From assembly GCA_030141605.1 (NCBI GenBank), contig JAQGDQ010000891.1:1-64000 (forward strand): DNA of 64,000 nt. The letters are read 5' to 3'. Made by a program: the position numbers and the translations under genes. The notes under the pieces are model-generated. The model was not told where the DNA came from, searched no databases, and saw nothing but the letters and a program-made list of their open reading frames with translations. Origin of the DNA: Tubiluchus corallicola. Taxonomy: Eukaryota; Animalia; Priapulida. Positions 14,409 to 27,973 of this stretch are shown one piece after another (positions within the stretch are counted from its first letter, which is position 1; the number at the start of each line of letters is the position of its first letter).

Positions 14409-14995
14409 GCTTACACAAAAATTAGGTAACTCTAAGTTAGTTAGTAACATTCAAAATAGTAAGTAATATTTGCAAATGTGTCAACTCATTGTGCATAATG
14501 TTCGAAATAAATATACAATCATTATATTCGTAATATATTAAACACTAGTATATTCGTATTATTCAGAACACTTGTTCTTCTGGAGAACATCAATTTGTAA
14601 ATCAGAACATCAAAATTACCTTTTTGGGGAGCGGGATGATTATGCGCATGCGCGAATTTTGTCCATAGTAGGTACTGTGTTTTTTAACGTTAATTGAGTA
14701 GTAATAAAATTAGACAAAATTTATTTTATATGTATATATTTGTTTCAGATAGTTGTCTTATGGAAGCAGACTTCCGAAGCGTCATGTTTAACAAATGTTG
14801 TTGAATTATTTCACTGTTATTGTGAAGTCTGGGTTGGAGATTTTTTAAAATTCAAATTCAAATTAAAATTTCAAATTCAACTTGTCATGTTTGTAAAAAC
14901 CCACTGGTTGTCATGGTTTCGAAAAACACGTTAGCAAAAAGTTTTAACGTGTAATCCAACTTTCAGACTATACCAAGGCAAAACTTTGTACATAC

Positions 14996-15616
14996 TATAA
15001 GTTTTACATGTCAAATGTAGACCTGCGTTAACTCAAATGTAGATTTAGGTAATTCAAATGTGTCTTGGTAACTCAAATGTAGATTTAGGTAATTCAAATG
15101 TGTCTTGGTAACTCAAATGTAGACTTAGGTAGTTCAAATGTGTCGTGGTAACTCAAATGTAGATTTAGGTAGTTTAAATGTGTCTTGGTAACTAAAATGT
15201 AGACTTAGGTAGTTCAAATGTGTTAACAATGGTTTTCAAGAAATCTTGAGCGTTTTTTGGTAAGTCAAATGTAGACACATGTCAAGTCAAATGTGGATAG
15301 GTGGTAAAGTTTAATGATGTTAAATTTAATTATATTATCGTCCATACAAATAGTTGCAAATTAATTAAATGTAACAAAAATTGATGCTGCCGATAGCACC
15401 ATGGCCATAAAATATAATTTTAATTTGGTTTTATCTTTTTGTAATTTGCACTTAAATGAGTTAATTACAGATTTATTCAAAGTACCGCATCTACATTTGA
15501 CTTACCTAAGTCACATTTGAGTTACCAAAACACATTTGAAATTCCTGTGTCTACATTTGACTTACCTAAGTCACATTTGAACTTTCCTGTGTCTACATTT
15601 GACCTGTAAAAGCTAT
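14996..15616. mobile_element. Foldback-type MITE with tandem ~20-bp subterminal repeats in inverted orientation
   Basis: Left end tataagttttacatgtcaaatgtagac plus (caaatgt) array; right end inverted (acatttga) array plus gtctacatttgacctgtaaaagctata. Confidence 0.7.
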
Positions 15617-17573
15617 ATAAGACAACAGATTTAGGTCAATTTTGTCAACGTAAATGAATAATTTCAGCGCAAAAGTGTTGCTCAGCACTGCTGCTAAACA
15701 GCTAATCAGGAACACATAAATGTTCAAGCAGCCTTGCCGCTTTCGCTGAATGTATTTACCTATTAGGCAGCTAGAACTCAATTACTGAATCCAAATTCGA
15801 AGCCTAAAGTGTGTGTAACGAGCCCGAGGAACACTGGCTTCATACAACCTTTACTCTGTCACATCCGTTGAGTAGATCTACTAACACCTAATCGATGGTA
15901 AAGTGTTGGACGAGAGTGAAAGAACTCCTATGAAGATCTAAGAATTCAAGGAGGCATTCGGACATCAACTTCAGATAGTACTTATCCGTCGTTTCAACAC
16001 GGGGCAGTTCCACGATGGGTGCCCGTTATAGAGGAACAGGGTGTCCCTGATTCCGGGAACAGTTTCTACCCACATTGACCTTTTGAAATACATGGCGACC
16101 AGGTGCGAATGTGATGACGTCGCGAGGTGGTTTTGCTTCTTACCGTCGCGCGCACCCTGTCCTAGAACAGCCACTCGAATCAATTGCGTTGAGAAGCGAG
16201 ATGGATTGATTTGCTTTATCTAAGAAGAAGTAACAACCACGCCAAGCGGAAAACCTGATAGACTGTGATGATATATAGTTGTAAAAGTAACATGCAAATA
16301 AAATGTCTGCCAACGAATCTTGGGGATTTACTGATAAGTTGTGAAAAGAAAAGTGCTGAACGAAACGTTTGAATAAATTCATGTCAATTTACGTCAAAAG
16401 ATTTTGAAATAAAATGTTTTTTCTGAATTCCTTGTTATATTTGTGCAAATATACAGTTTTATTCTAGTCGAAATACAACAAAATATCCCAGCCGTTGCCG
16501 CAAAAGTATCATTTGTGAGTCATCATCTCCGTCGTGAGTAATCCTAGTGTAATGATTGTCTTTCGTTTTTTGGTTCAAATTCAGGAGTCGTCCACAGACC
16601 AAATAGCTTCTAGTTGCATTCTTAGTTAAGTTTCCACGTTTTTAGGAATTTGTTTGGCGAATGTGTAGAATTTTGGCGAAACAAGTATAACAACAACAGC
16701 AATGACGACAACACCATCAACAGTTAAAAATTTATATTATCACGCAAATAAAAGAATTTGACACAAATTTTCACTATTTTGTAACTAAATTGCGAACGTA
16801 GGGTAATGAATGACGATATTTAGTTGGTCTAATTTCAATGAGTCAGTTTGATTTGTCTGTGAAGTAATGCATTCTTACAAGTATTGCACTTTAATATTAC
16901 ACTTTATTGCACAAGTATTGCTGTCGTGTTTTTGTCGTGGCAACAAAATATAAAATAATGACCAGACGCGCTTATACTGCTACCAACCATGTTGGTCAAG
17001 CTCTCCACATTCAGTTGTTAAACTCACTGCGCCATTTTGCTAGAACTTATCCAGGGAAATACATATTAGCAGATCATTCATAGTGACTACAGCCAATTAA
17101 AACTGCCTGTTAGCTTTTCAGAAAGAATGAATTCAAGCCACTTGCAAATTTGTAATGACCTCAAATTGTTTTGCAGAAGCGCGTCAAATTCAAACAAGTG
17201 ACGACTGGTCAATGCTGACGACTGGTCAATGCTGACGACTGGTCAATGCTGACGTGCATCAGGCAGAAACGAAAAACCAACTTAGTTGCCAAAATATAAA
17301 CGCTGGTTTGATTATCAGACAATTTTTCTTAAATTTTCTATGGATTATCTATTCTTGTGCCTCTACTAGCAGTAATCACCATAAATTTTTAACAGGCTAA
17401 GGAAAATGATAGATTTTTGCCCTCATCAAACAGAATGTTATAGGCTAATTAAGCAGTCAAAATGCACTGGGGATACGTAGGTCAGTAGTAAAGTATGTTG
17501 TTAGTAAGTGCATAAATTGATATATAGATTAAGTAGATAGCTTCTCATACATTAAAAGCAAGCAAGCAAAAAC

Positions 17574-18163
17574 TTAAAGGAGAAAACAAGTCACTTAGCA
17601 TGTTGTGTTTATTTTACTGTTATCACTTAAACTGTTTGTGGTGTGCTAAAGGAAAGGACAAGTCACTTAGCATGTTGGGTTTATTTCACTGTTGTCACTT
17701 AAACTGTTTGTGGTGTGCTAAAGGAAAGAACGAGTCACTCAGTATGTTGGGTTTATTTTACTCTTATCACTTAAACTTAGAAAAATGTAACAAAGAAATT
17801 TGCAAAGAACTACCTACAAAGCATAAATTTAAAATATATTACCTCTGAATAGAAATTTCCAGTGTGCGGTAGTGACCGCCATTCACTTCAAAATCATGAC
17901 GTAACTGGGAGGTTTCCCGTAAGCGCGTGCTGTTTAAACTAATTCAAACTTCTGCAGCTTACCTAATGTTCATGCAAAAATACTATAAAATTAGCCAACT
18001 ATTTTTTTGTAAATATTTATCATACTTTTGGTGAAGTATGACAGTGTGTTACTTTTCTTCAGGACGAATGACGTCATTGGAGGAATAGGCATTGAAAAAG
18101 GGAGCGTCCAAGTATGAAGTGATCGCCACTCTAAAGTGATTTTAATGAAAGCTTTTCCTTTAA
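17574..18163. mobile_element. Kolobok-like non-autonomous DNA transposon
   Basis: ttaa-aggagaaaac ... gcttttcct-ttaa termini; ~72-bp triplicated unit at the left end. Confidence 0.55.
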
Positions 18164-18234
18164 TAAGGAAACCAGAAACTGTGATAACTCGGTAAAGAGG
18201 TTCACACTAGTTGCATCCATAAACAATTACCATT

Positions 18235-18790
18235 TGTATATATATATATATATAATAATCTTTATTTGCCATTAAAAACATTGATAATCACTGATAAAAA
18301 CTTTACAGAGATGATCAATCAGTGTTAGTTAATAAAAACTTACACTGCTGAAGGCAAATGCGTCAGTGCAATCTAAACTACTGTGCAGTAATGGAAAGTA
18401 ACGACGAATAAAATCAAACATATTTACAACCATATACAAAAAAATAAAAAATAAAAAATAAAAAAAACTATGATTTAATTAATATGGCCGTGGGTATATA
18501 AATTCTGGATTAGTGTGTATGTTGTCGTACTGGTGTGATGGCATTTCATATCTGGTTAATATTAGTGATTTTAATTTTGTTTTAAATGCTGATAGGGACT
18601 TGATTTGTTTAACCTGTAATGGTAGAGAATTCCAAAGTAGAATTGCTTGTTTGATTACAGAGTTCGTTCCGTAGTGGGTATTTGTCCTAATTTGTTTTAG
18701 ATTGCTTGTTCTGGAATTAACGATAGGATTTGGAAAAAAGGTAAATCTGTTATTCTGGAATGGTTTGCTGATGTTGTTAATGTATTTAAA
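18235..18790 (-). mobile_element. 5'-truncated LINE 3' end (RT C-terminal tail, 3' UTR, (TA)n tail)
   Basis: ORF remnant RTNTHYGTNSVIKQAILLWNSLPLQVKQIKSLSAFKTKLK (LWNSLP...FK.KLK is typical of CR1/L2-group ORF2 ends); aataaa then (TA)n; near-identical copy at 27320-27870. Confidence 0.85.
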
Positions 18791-19505
18791 TATAAAAAGC
18801 AATCTGTGATTACTTGTGATTACTAAAGCTATTTCACATCTAAGCAACGTTTTACCGTGTTGTTTTACTTAATAAAAACCAAACACATTTCATCATGGCC
18901 GCCTACAATAAAAAAATCGTTCTCTTCCATCCGAAACGAAAGAATGAAAAAGAAATCAACGCAAACATTTTACCTCCTGTGATTACTACGTAAACGTCGG
19001 CGATCGTTACCAATGATTAGACGGCTTTGTCTTGCAATCTAATTGATACGTGCTTAGTCTATCTCAGACGTATCTTGAACTGACAAACAATTATGATTTC
19101 TTTCAGCTAATGGGCGTGTATTCAGAGCAACTTTTTACGATCTTACATTAAATTATTAATGCATTTAACTTTCCAGGGACCATTTACTAACATCAATTAC
19201 TTTAATGAAAATAATCAGTATTGAAATACGGAACACTTAGGATGAATTGTTAATGTTGTTTCCGCTCATATGCACAATAGCTATTGAAACAGTATTTTGT
19301 TCTTTTAATTACCGAGAGAGGTCGCGTTTCCAGTTTATACAGTTGCACCACGAGGCTCAGAGCGGTTCCTAGCTAGGGTACAGGGGGTATACTGTTAGGC
19401 CAGGACATGCGTATTCAGTAGACGATATGGAGTTACTGGAAAGGTTGAATTGACAACTTTAGGTTCCTTTTCCACAACCGGTGTTTATGTAACCTCTTTC
19501 GATGA

Positions 19506-19536
<31 letters not shown>

Positions 19537-19836
19537 GTGATGATAAGTCTTTATCAGGTTCTTTTTGCTAGCAAAAATTCCTGTACGAAGAGTGTACGAA
19601 TTCTACAATATTACGTGTTATGCATTCTGTAATTAGCTTTTTAATGGCGCGTCTAACATTATTTACAGTGATGTTAAACAAGAAGAGCGCTAAAATCAAG
19701 GTTATTAATGAAGCAAGTTTCCTGTCTAGTAACGTAAAGATGCAGTCCACAAGAAGTTACAACCAATAATCTTAAAAACTACACAAATTTAAACCCTATT
19801 TTACTCACATTTAGCAGCAAGATCTTAAAATAAAAC

Positions 19837-20101
19837 GGTCAATGAGAGAAATTGCTGCAAATAGTATGGCGAATGAAACCACCCGCTTACCAAGCAGGTT
19901 TGGTGCTGCTTAACTATTGTAGCGAAGCACACTATCATCACGGCTTAATCATTTAGCTATCTCGCCCAGGGTCAATGAGAGAAATTGCTGGAAATAGTAT
20001 GGCGAATGAAACCACCCGCTTACCAAGCAGGTTTGGTGCTGCTTAACTATTGTAGCGAAGCACACTATCATCACGGCTTAATCACGTAGCTATCTCGCCC
20101 A
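19837..20101. repeat. ~133-bp tandem duplication
   Basis: ggtcaatgagagaaattgctg...tatctcgccca occurs twice with very few mismatches. Confidence 0.93.
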
Positions 20102-20956
20102 TGATTCGTTCAACGTCTGCACGATTTCTACACATTCAGAACGTTTTCAAAATTCTCCATTGTGCTGGCACATCCGAAAATTTGTCGTCGCCAAACGCTG
20201 TCAATATTCATTCTCGAATTTCAGACAAGTTAAAAGATACGAAGAGTTTTTATTAGCAGACGAATGTCGTGATGCCGTTTTAGAAAGTCAAATGACGCGC
20301 GGAGAGAGGAGGCAATAATCATTAAAAATTAACGATTGAATTTTACTGCATGACAAAGTAAAAGCAAAATCAGTCGCTGAAGAAATGCATGATTTCATTT
20401 ATCAGTAGCGTTGAAAAACTGTTGCAATTTTACTGCCAGCATTGCAGAGTGACAAAATTACATTATCTAGCAGAACATGTAACAGCCGTAATAGCTTAGA
20501 GAAGTGAATACACTTTACAGGAAGGAAATAGAACATTTGGGGAGTGGAGTTACTAGAATCGTAAAGTGTAACACGATAAAGAAAACTGTGGCGATACATA
20601 AGGGTGTTTCCACGAAACGGCTTTTTTTCCCTAACTACAGAAGAACAATGTTGGAAGCCATGTTAATAGAACTCTGATGAAATCCATGGGGTCAAATTTT
20701 CTGATTCCTTGTTAGATATTTGAAGATGCAGAATGGTGTTCACAAATTGTGCATTTAAAGTCGTCTTGGGCGAACAAAATGAAGCCATACTTAATGGAAA
20801 ACCTTCGGTCGCCAAAAACTGCGAAGCCAATTGCAGTTAGGCCAAAAACGCTAACGCTTGAAGCGGCTTCGGAACAAGTTTTCGTATTCGTACGGAGACG
20901 GATAAGTACATTCGAAAGTATCACTGCAGGCAATAGAAACCATATTGGACAATCAT

Positions 20957-22179
20957 GAATAGATAGTGCTGGCATATTTTTGAACGGCAAAAATCTCTGT
21001 GCTAACTGTTGCAGGTACAAATGTTTTGGTTCATTACCCCTTCTCAAGGTAGTATACGCATTGGAAGCCACAATATATTAGACTGTAGTTCAACAAGCTA
21101 GACTACCCCTTCTCAAGGTAGTATATGCATTGGAAGCCACAATATATTAGACTTTAGTTCAACAAGCTAGACTACTTTTTCTACTCTGACATTGTATAGG
21201 TGGAACTTGTTATGTACTCACGTCTCTGTTACATTTAAAATTTGACTTAGAATTATACTGTTATCTTTTACTGGCTTTTTCTCACAAAGTATACCACAAA
21301 TAGACCCTATATTCAAAGAATTTATATAGTGCCCATAGTATCTAACAAAGTTAGTGTAATGTATACGCTCAAACCAAAGTTGCGTTCCCATATCTACGTT
21401 AGTTTATTCTGCAAAAAATACAAATTTTCTGTAGTCTACAATTACTACCTTTACAAAACTACTGAAATAAAAGTGCTAGAAAATAAGTGCTACAGATTAC
21501 TACGTTACACTAAAAAGCTAAAATGCGTACATACATTGTTGGTTCAATATTGAGTCGAGATAAAGCCAGAATGTCAGTAAAAGGTAGCAGCATAATTACA
21601 AGTTAAATTTTAAATGTAACAGAGACGTGTGTTCAGCTATACAATGTCAGAGTAGAAAAAGTAGTCTAGCATGTTGAACTACAGTCTGTGGCTTCTAATG
21701 CATATACTACCTTGGGAAGGGGTAATGGCCCACAACATTTGTACCTGCAACATTATTGTTTTTTATCGTTCTATACTTCATTCAGTATTGGCACCTCATA
21801 TTACTAGTTGAAGTGCTTGGTAATCATTGTTTTATTACAATGCGTACGTGATTGTCTGCATAGCTAACACAATGGCGCCTTCAGACTAAGTAATTCGCCT
21901 CGCTAGCGAGTTCAAACAAGAGAACAAAACTTGTGAGTTACTCTCCGACAGTAAGCGCCAAAGTCACTCTCATGTTTATGTTTCCATATTTTCACTGCAA
22001 GAAGTGTCGAGAGTAACTCGGCGATGCGTTCACACTAGACTGTATATCAACTCACAACAACTGCTCTAAAGTATACCGCAAATAGACCCTATACAAAGAA
22101 CTCATATAGTGCCCATAGTATCTAACAAAGTTAGCACAGAGATTTTTGCTGTTCAAAAATATGCCAGCAATATCTATTC
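20957..22179. repeat. Complex long inverted repeat / rearranged foldback element
   Basis: ~21007-21280 is the reverse complement of ~21560-21752; 20957-21006 of 22130-22179; 21286-21354 is directly repeated at 22066-22134. Confidence 0.85.
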
Positions 22180-22717
22180 TTGCGGACAGTAACTCGTAAA
22201 CCGGTTCACATTTGCGAGTTTGCTGTCGGAGAGAGAGAAGTATTGGGACAGAACGATGCCAATTAAGTACCTCAGCGTTCCAAGAAATGGGAGAACAGAA
22301 TGTCCCAATAACAAAAGGGCAGACTATCACACTTTATAGTAATAGTATTTGCGCGCTCTCGATTAGTATATCACTGGTAAATGTAGCACGTATCTGATTC
22401 ATAAGGATGACAAGATTTAGTTTAATTAAGCTGACAGCTGCGTGATAATTTTCGTGTTACTTGAGCCGTTTATTAAAATGAACTAGCTCATTTCTCGAAT
22501 GACGGGAAATGGATGATGGTGTCGTTTACTGCATATAATAATAATTATAGCGGTCAATAATATAATTAGCAAGACAAAAGGTATTTAGACCTGCCAATGT
22601 TATTGGAACTGTAAACTGATCTACACGAAGAACCAAGCAGTGGCAAAAACGCAAGAAATTCTCTTATTAGTGTGAAAATAACGAATTCTAATGCAACAAG
22701 AATATTGTTCTTCCTAC

Positions 22718-23354
22718 CTTTTGTCAAATTGAAGTTGTCCAAGTTACTGGCGTGCTGTTTTAGTGTCCAAAACCACTCCGAGTCATTTCCCAGATAATCG
22801 TACTGTACAGACAAGTCTTTGACCATAATCATGGAGCTGTCGTTTCTTTCTCTGTGGGCATAAGGGCAGAAGAGGCGGTAATCTTTGTACACTCTGTAAT
22901 CGTGACAGTTTCCAGCCGCAAAGATTGCCTGATCCAGTTCCACCATGGTACGCACAAGAGAGTACAGCAGCTCCTCGGAATCGGTAACCTCCGGAGAATA
23001 CTTCCATACCCGCGTGAGAAAGTTGGCTCTATTGACGGCGACAAGTGCCTGATGTTTGAACCGCCCCACCCCGTACTGGTCAACCACCCCCTCTCCCAGG
23101 TTGACCTGAGTGCCTGCTGTACAGTTTTCGATATTGCGTTCGAGTTCTTCGACAATTTGCAGGAATTTTCCAACTAAATCGGCCGCGCTAGGTGTGGGAT
23201 GCGGAGTAGGGCCATCCTCACTACTTTCCAAACCGTCCGTCGCTGTTGTATTCAACGAACTTCCTTCGTCCGCTGAAGTTGTTTCACAATTTGCACTTTG
23301 CACTAACAAACAGCTGATTAAACTGATTGAAAAATAAACAAAAACTGGCTTCAT
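22718..23354 (-). CDS. GPR158/GPR179/CG31760-like class C orphan GPCR, first coding exon (signal peptide + extracellular Cache-like domain)
   Basis: MKPVFVYFSISLISCLLVQSANC signal peptide; motifs NCTAGT..NLGEGVV.QYG..RF..QALVAVNRANFLTR.WK, IFAAGNC, FCPYA, VKDLSV.Y.YL.NDSEWF; phase-1 donor G|GTAGGA at 22718/22717. Confidence 0.85.
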
Positions 23355-24016
23355 CGTGTTTGAAAAACTAGAATTTTCAGCTTCAATCAAACTACAAAAC
23401 ATATGCGTTACCCATTGCAAACTTTTCAACAATTTTAATCTTGAAAACGTGTTTTTTTATCCACGTATCGTCACAGTCGAAGCAACAAATTCACTTATTG
23501 TTTCTCATTATCATGTTTATTTGCTGCTCTGACATCCGCGCTGATCAGGCCTGGTTTACACCAGTCAGTCAGTCAGTCGAAGCTGTTGCTTCATCGCTAC
23601 CCGGTGGCCCCGTGAAGCCTTACAGCTCGTGTGACGTCATTAGTGCAACAGCCAATATGCGTGAAGATAATGAAATTTCGCTCCGCTGCAGTAATTTGCA
23701 CAATAGATTAGCAGAGGATGATAATATTATTATATATATAAGAAAGTTTTGCCTGTGCAGTGAAAGATACTAGAAGAGTTGAACCATTATTTAAACGAAT
23801 ATAATTATTTACACACACGGGTGCATGTGCAACCTTTTATTCTGTTTCCAGTAAGAAGCCCAGCAACTTCATGGGAGGCTCAAGATTATTTTCACGCCTG
23901 TTTTTCTTCGTGTGTGAAGTCTACATAATAATACTATTATTACAATGTCTATGTCACTGCCTCAAACATGTTTGCATATGTTTCTTGAAAAAACACGTGA
24001 TATGATAATAGACTAG

Positions 24017-24130
24017 GAGGGCCTATTTCAAGGGGGGGGGGGAGTGGGGATAGTTCCCCGAGGCCTCACCCTGTAGGGGGGTAGGTAACATTTTTTTGCT
24101 TTATGCGAACATACTGCCTCCTTTCTCTCG

Positions 24131-24170
<40 letters not shown>

Positions 24171-24419
24171 CCGCACGCGCGCCGTTTGCCAGTATTGACA
24201 AGTATTAAGAACTGGTCTTGAGAATAAAGCAGTTTTTCTTTCAATTGTTCTTTCCTTTAACAACTGTATAACTCCATATTTTCTCTTCGAAAATGCTTCT
24301 CCGACGTTCTAGCAGTTCAAAAATTTTCTGGGTGCCAACCATGGTAGCGCTCGCTCCCATCCGATGGGGCCTCGCACGCCCCACTTCCCTGGGCCTCGCC
24401 TAGGCTGAAATAGGCCCTG
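24017..24419. mobile_element. hAT-like MITE carrying a (CT)n microsatellite, copy 1
   Basis: TIR agggcctatttca...tgaaataggccctg; TSD tagactag/tggactag; inverted copy at 40316-40740; fragment near 25553-25620. Confidence 0.88.
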
Positions 24420-25456
24420 TGGACTAGCGAAGTTCAAAATGAGTTGATTGGGTTAGACAGATGAAATCATATCGAAATGTAATCAGAAAATATCCGCTGG
24501 TTTGAAATGTTGCTATAGTTTCCGACATATTCAACAGTCCTAAGACTCTCACTCAGACGTATTTACATTCTTGACACAATAAATATCGCTGTGAAATTTG
24601 CAAAGAAGATTCGCAACTTATGTTACAGAGACGCAATTATGATAGAGAAATTCACTGACTTTAGTACTAATATGACAACCTGTCCACTACGAGCACCACG
24701 AGCAGCTAGTTTGACTCGCTGAATTAACAGTTTCACAAGTATTTTGTATGGATCTTGATGATTTTAATAATGCAGAATTTTATATCCTAATTTAATTATG
24801 GTTAGATACGCACGTTGCATTGCAGAACATTGACATGGAATTAAATAAGGCTGCATTTTGAATGAAAACATAGCTTCATTTTTTAATACCCGGGGCTATT
24901 ATTTCACTCAAATTGTTCATTATATTTGTGTTGTAACCACATTAAGGTGAGTTATGAACTATCGCTGTACAACAGCCAGCTACGTCTTCATGCTAAAACT
25001 GCGCCGTACCTCCATCTATTGGCAACGAGAAGAATTATTTGTTCGTTGCCGTTCATCGATGGATAAAATTCATAATTCTTACTAATAATCACATGCTTCA
25101 TTTATCACTTGGAATTAAATTGAATTCAGACTGTGCATTATGTTTAATAAAATCATAAAAAAATGGAAATCTTAATTGTTAATGTGAACATTTAATAATT
25201 TTTGTTACAATTCTGCATCTCTTTACACGCATTGCAGCCGAGAGGCTTAACATCTGGAATAAAGAAACACTGAACCTGTTCGGTAAATGGATAACCATCC
25301 GGAAAACGCCTTTGCACAGTTTCATCTGCCCTACAGCTCCCGATCTTTTACCTCGTTTAGTTGAGGGAGGATGCATGCACCTTCAGAACATGGCACTCAG
25401 TTCGGCTCCTCCTACAAGATTATCCTTAATGCGATCGGTTCAGCTCCCGCCACAAT

Positions 25457-25480
25457 ATATTATTATTATTATTATTATTA

Positions 25481-25553
<73 letters not shown>
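25457..25553. repeat. (TAT)n microsatellite
   Basis: Directly visible. Confidence 0.95.
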
Positions 25554-25554
<1 letters not shown>

Positions 25555-26385
25555 TTAGCCTAAGCCAGGCCTGGGGAAGTGGGGCGCGTGAGGCCCCTTC
25601 GGGAGGGGGGGGGGGGGCAAAGCGCCAGTGGGCCTATAACGCTACAGTGTATTAGTGTTAGTACTGCTTATAATAAAGATTTAATTATTACGAATGACAT
25701 TAAATTGATATGCTTATAACGTGATAATACAATTCATACACAGTAATAATAAGTTCATAATAAAAAAATCAAACAAGAACTGAAAATAAAAATCTGACAA
25801 CGGAAACATAAGAACAATGGCAACTTCATAACATAAGCATAATTCTTAGACAGTCAAAAATAAATTATCATGTAAATAATAGAACTGAGAATCAGGTTTA
25901 TCTATATATTGATATATTGAAGTATATTAAATTGGGCGTTAATTTTCATGCACAGGCATACAGAAGTTACAATTTACATAAGAAAAAGCCTCATCATGTG
26001 GGGAAAAACAACCGGAATAAACAATAACATTGTAAACAATATTGTAAGTTGTGTGTTATTGTCGTGCATAAGCAAGCAAATGTATAATGGAGTCATTAAA
26101 AAATTACAAAGCGATTTTTGATGATCTGAGGTAAAATAAATAAGCAGATAGTTAAAGCACAAAAAATTACCTCTATGACTGCATGAGGAGATTGACAATT
26201 GGAGTCCAGACTTTGAAAATGATTTACAGAAGTTAGATAATAAACAATTAAGTATGGAAGTTAATTGAACCTGGTATAACAATAACTGCTCTTGCACGCA
26301 GTTAGACTATTTATTATGGTGGCATGATCAAGCGGTCAAGCGGTCAAGTGACCGACCTGGTCCGGTCACCTTCACATAAATCCTA

Positions 26386-27042
26386 ATGTTGTTTCAATGT
26401 GTTCAATTCCAAAAATGTCCACTGGGACATCGGACATTGGACTTTAACGCAAAACTGGACACTGGAGAGTTTATTAAAGAGCCACTAAAAATTCAAGTTA
26501 TTTACCTACAAATAGAATTTCTCCACCACTTTAAAAAGAAATTAAAAGAATATCAGTATAACAGGTTTCAACTTCCACATTGTGCATCTGATACTAATTA
26601 CACAGGCTCAACTTTCATCTACCCCCGCCCCTGACTCCATAAAACGATTAAAAATGAAAATTTTTAAAAAAATTATGTAATGAAATACGTGTTATGTTAG
26701 TTTTGTAATGTCAAATGTATAAATAGTGTAAAAGTAATGAGTGAAATTTATGTAATGTAAAGCATGTTTCTGTTAATTGTGTCATGTCAAATGTATATAT
26801 AGTGTAAAATATGTCATGTAAAATTTAATGTACTTTTGTAATATTGTTTTGTAAAAATATTTTAATATGGTGTTTGTAAATATGTTCATTTATTGTATAT
26901 AATTAGGCCTTAGTTTTGCACTTTAGTTTTTTTAGTCTGCACTGGACGCATTTGTCTTGAACAGTGTTGTTATTTTAACATTACGCTGAGGCTTACTCAA
27001 TTTTATTATAATGAGTGAACCATTTTAATGACAAATAAAGAA

Positions 27043-27088
<46 letters not shown>
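26386..27088 (+). mobile_element. Diverged LINE 3' fragment with (TA)n tail
   Basis: ORF remnant ends FKKKLKE...TFIYPRP*, paralleling EFIYPRPY of the 18.5/27.5 kb copies; shared gcactg-gacgcatttg...cagtgt motif, aataaa and (TA)n. Confidence 0.7.
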
Positions 27089-27094
<6 letters not shown>

Positions 27095-27319
27095 TATTAA
27101 TGTGCAAAATAGCGTAACTACTAATAATGTTTAGGGTTTCAAAATTTTATAAAATTAGTATTGATATGAAAGAAGTTAGAGTATTTTTAAAGTGAAATGA
27201 AAACCAATATGAACCTATTTCCTTGTTCAGCGTATTTATCATTAACTTTATATAAATAAACAAAGCGCACAACACGACTATTAAAGTGAAAATATAGGAG
27301 TGCACACGCAATTATAGGT

Positions 27320-27828
27320 TCAACCATTCCAGAATAACAGATTTACCTTTTTTCCAAATCTTATCGTTAATTCCAGAACAAGCAATCTAAAACAAATTAG
27401 GACAAATACCCACTACGGAACGAACTCTATAATCAAACAAGCAATTCTACTTTGGAATTCTCTATCATTACAGGTTAAACAAATCAAGTCCCTATCAGCA
27501 TTTAAAACAAAATTAAAATCACTAATATTAACCAGATATGAAATACCATCACACCAGTACGACAACATACACACTAATTCAGAATTTATATATCCACGGC
27601 CATATTAATTAAATCATAATTTTTCATTTTTTTGTGCATAGTTGTAAATATGTTTGATTTTATTCGTCGTTACTTTCCATTACAGCACAGTAGTTTAGAT
27701 GGCACTGACGCATTTGCCTTTAGCAGTGTAAGTTTTTATTAACTAACACTGATTGATCATCTCTGTAAAGTTTTTATCAGTGATTATCATTGTATTTTAA
27801 TGGCAAATAAAGATTATTAAATATATAA

Positions 27829-27870
<42 letters not shown>
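27320..27870 (+). mobile_element. 5'-truncated LINE 3' end, second copy
   Basis: Reverse complement of 18235-18790 with few differences; ends aataaagattatt then (TA)n. Confidence 0.85.
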
Positions 27871-27875
<5 letters not shown>

Positions 27876-27973
27876 CTGTGCTTTACTGGGTATTAATATG
27901 TAAGCCTGTAACTAGTGTTCTCTTCCTAAAGCCTAGATCAACCCAAATCTGTGTCCACGTATGTATCTACGGA

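Noticed and set aside
16144-16161. Possible 18-nt phase-preserving microexon (ag|GACAGGGTGCGCGCGACG|gtaaga) of the GPR158-like gene
   Set aside because: Weak polypyrimidine tract and no homology support; such matches are expected by chance in 22 kb.
22566-23432. Complete 288-aa single-exon protein
   Set aside because: Homology-like sequence stops at a GT donor (22717); the tail is intron read-through, and the signal peptide begins at the ATG at 23354.
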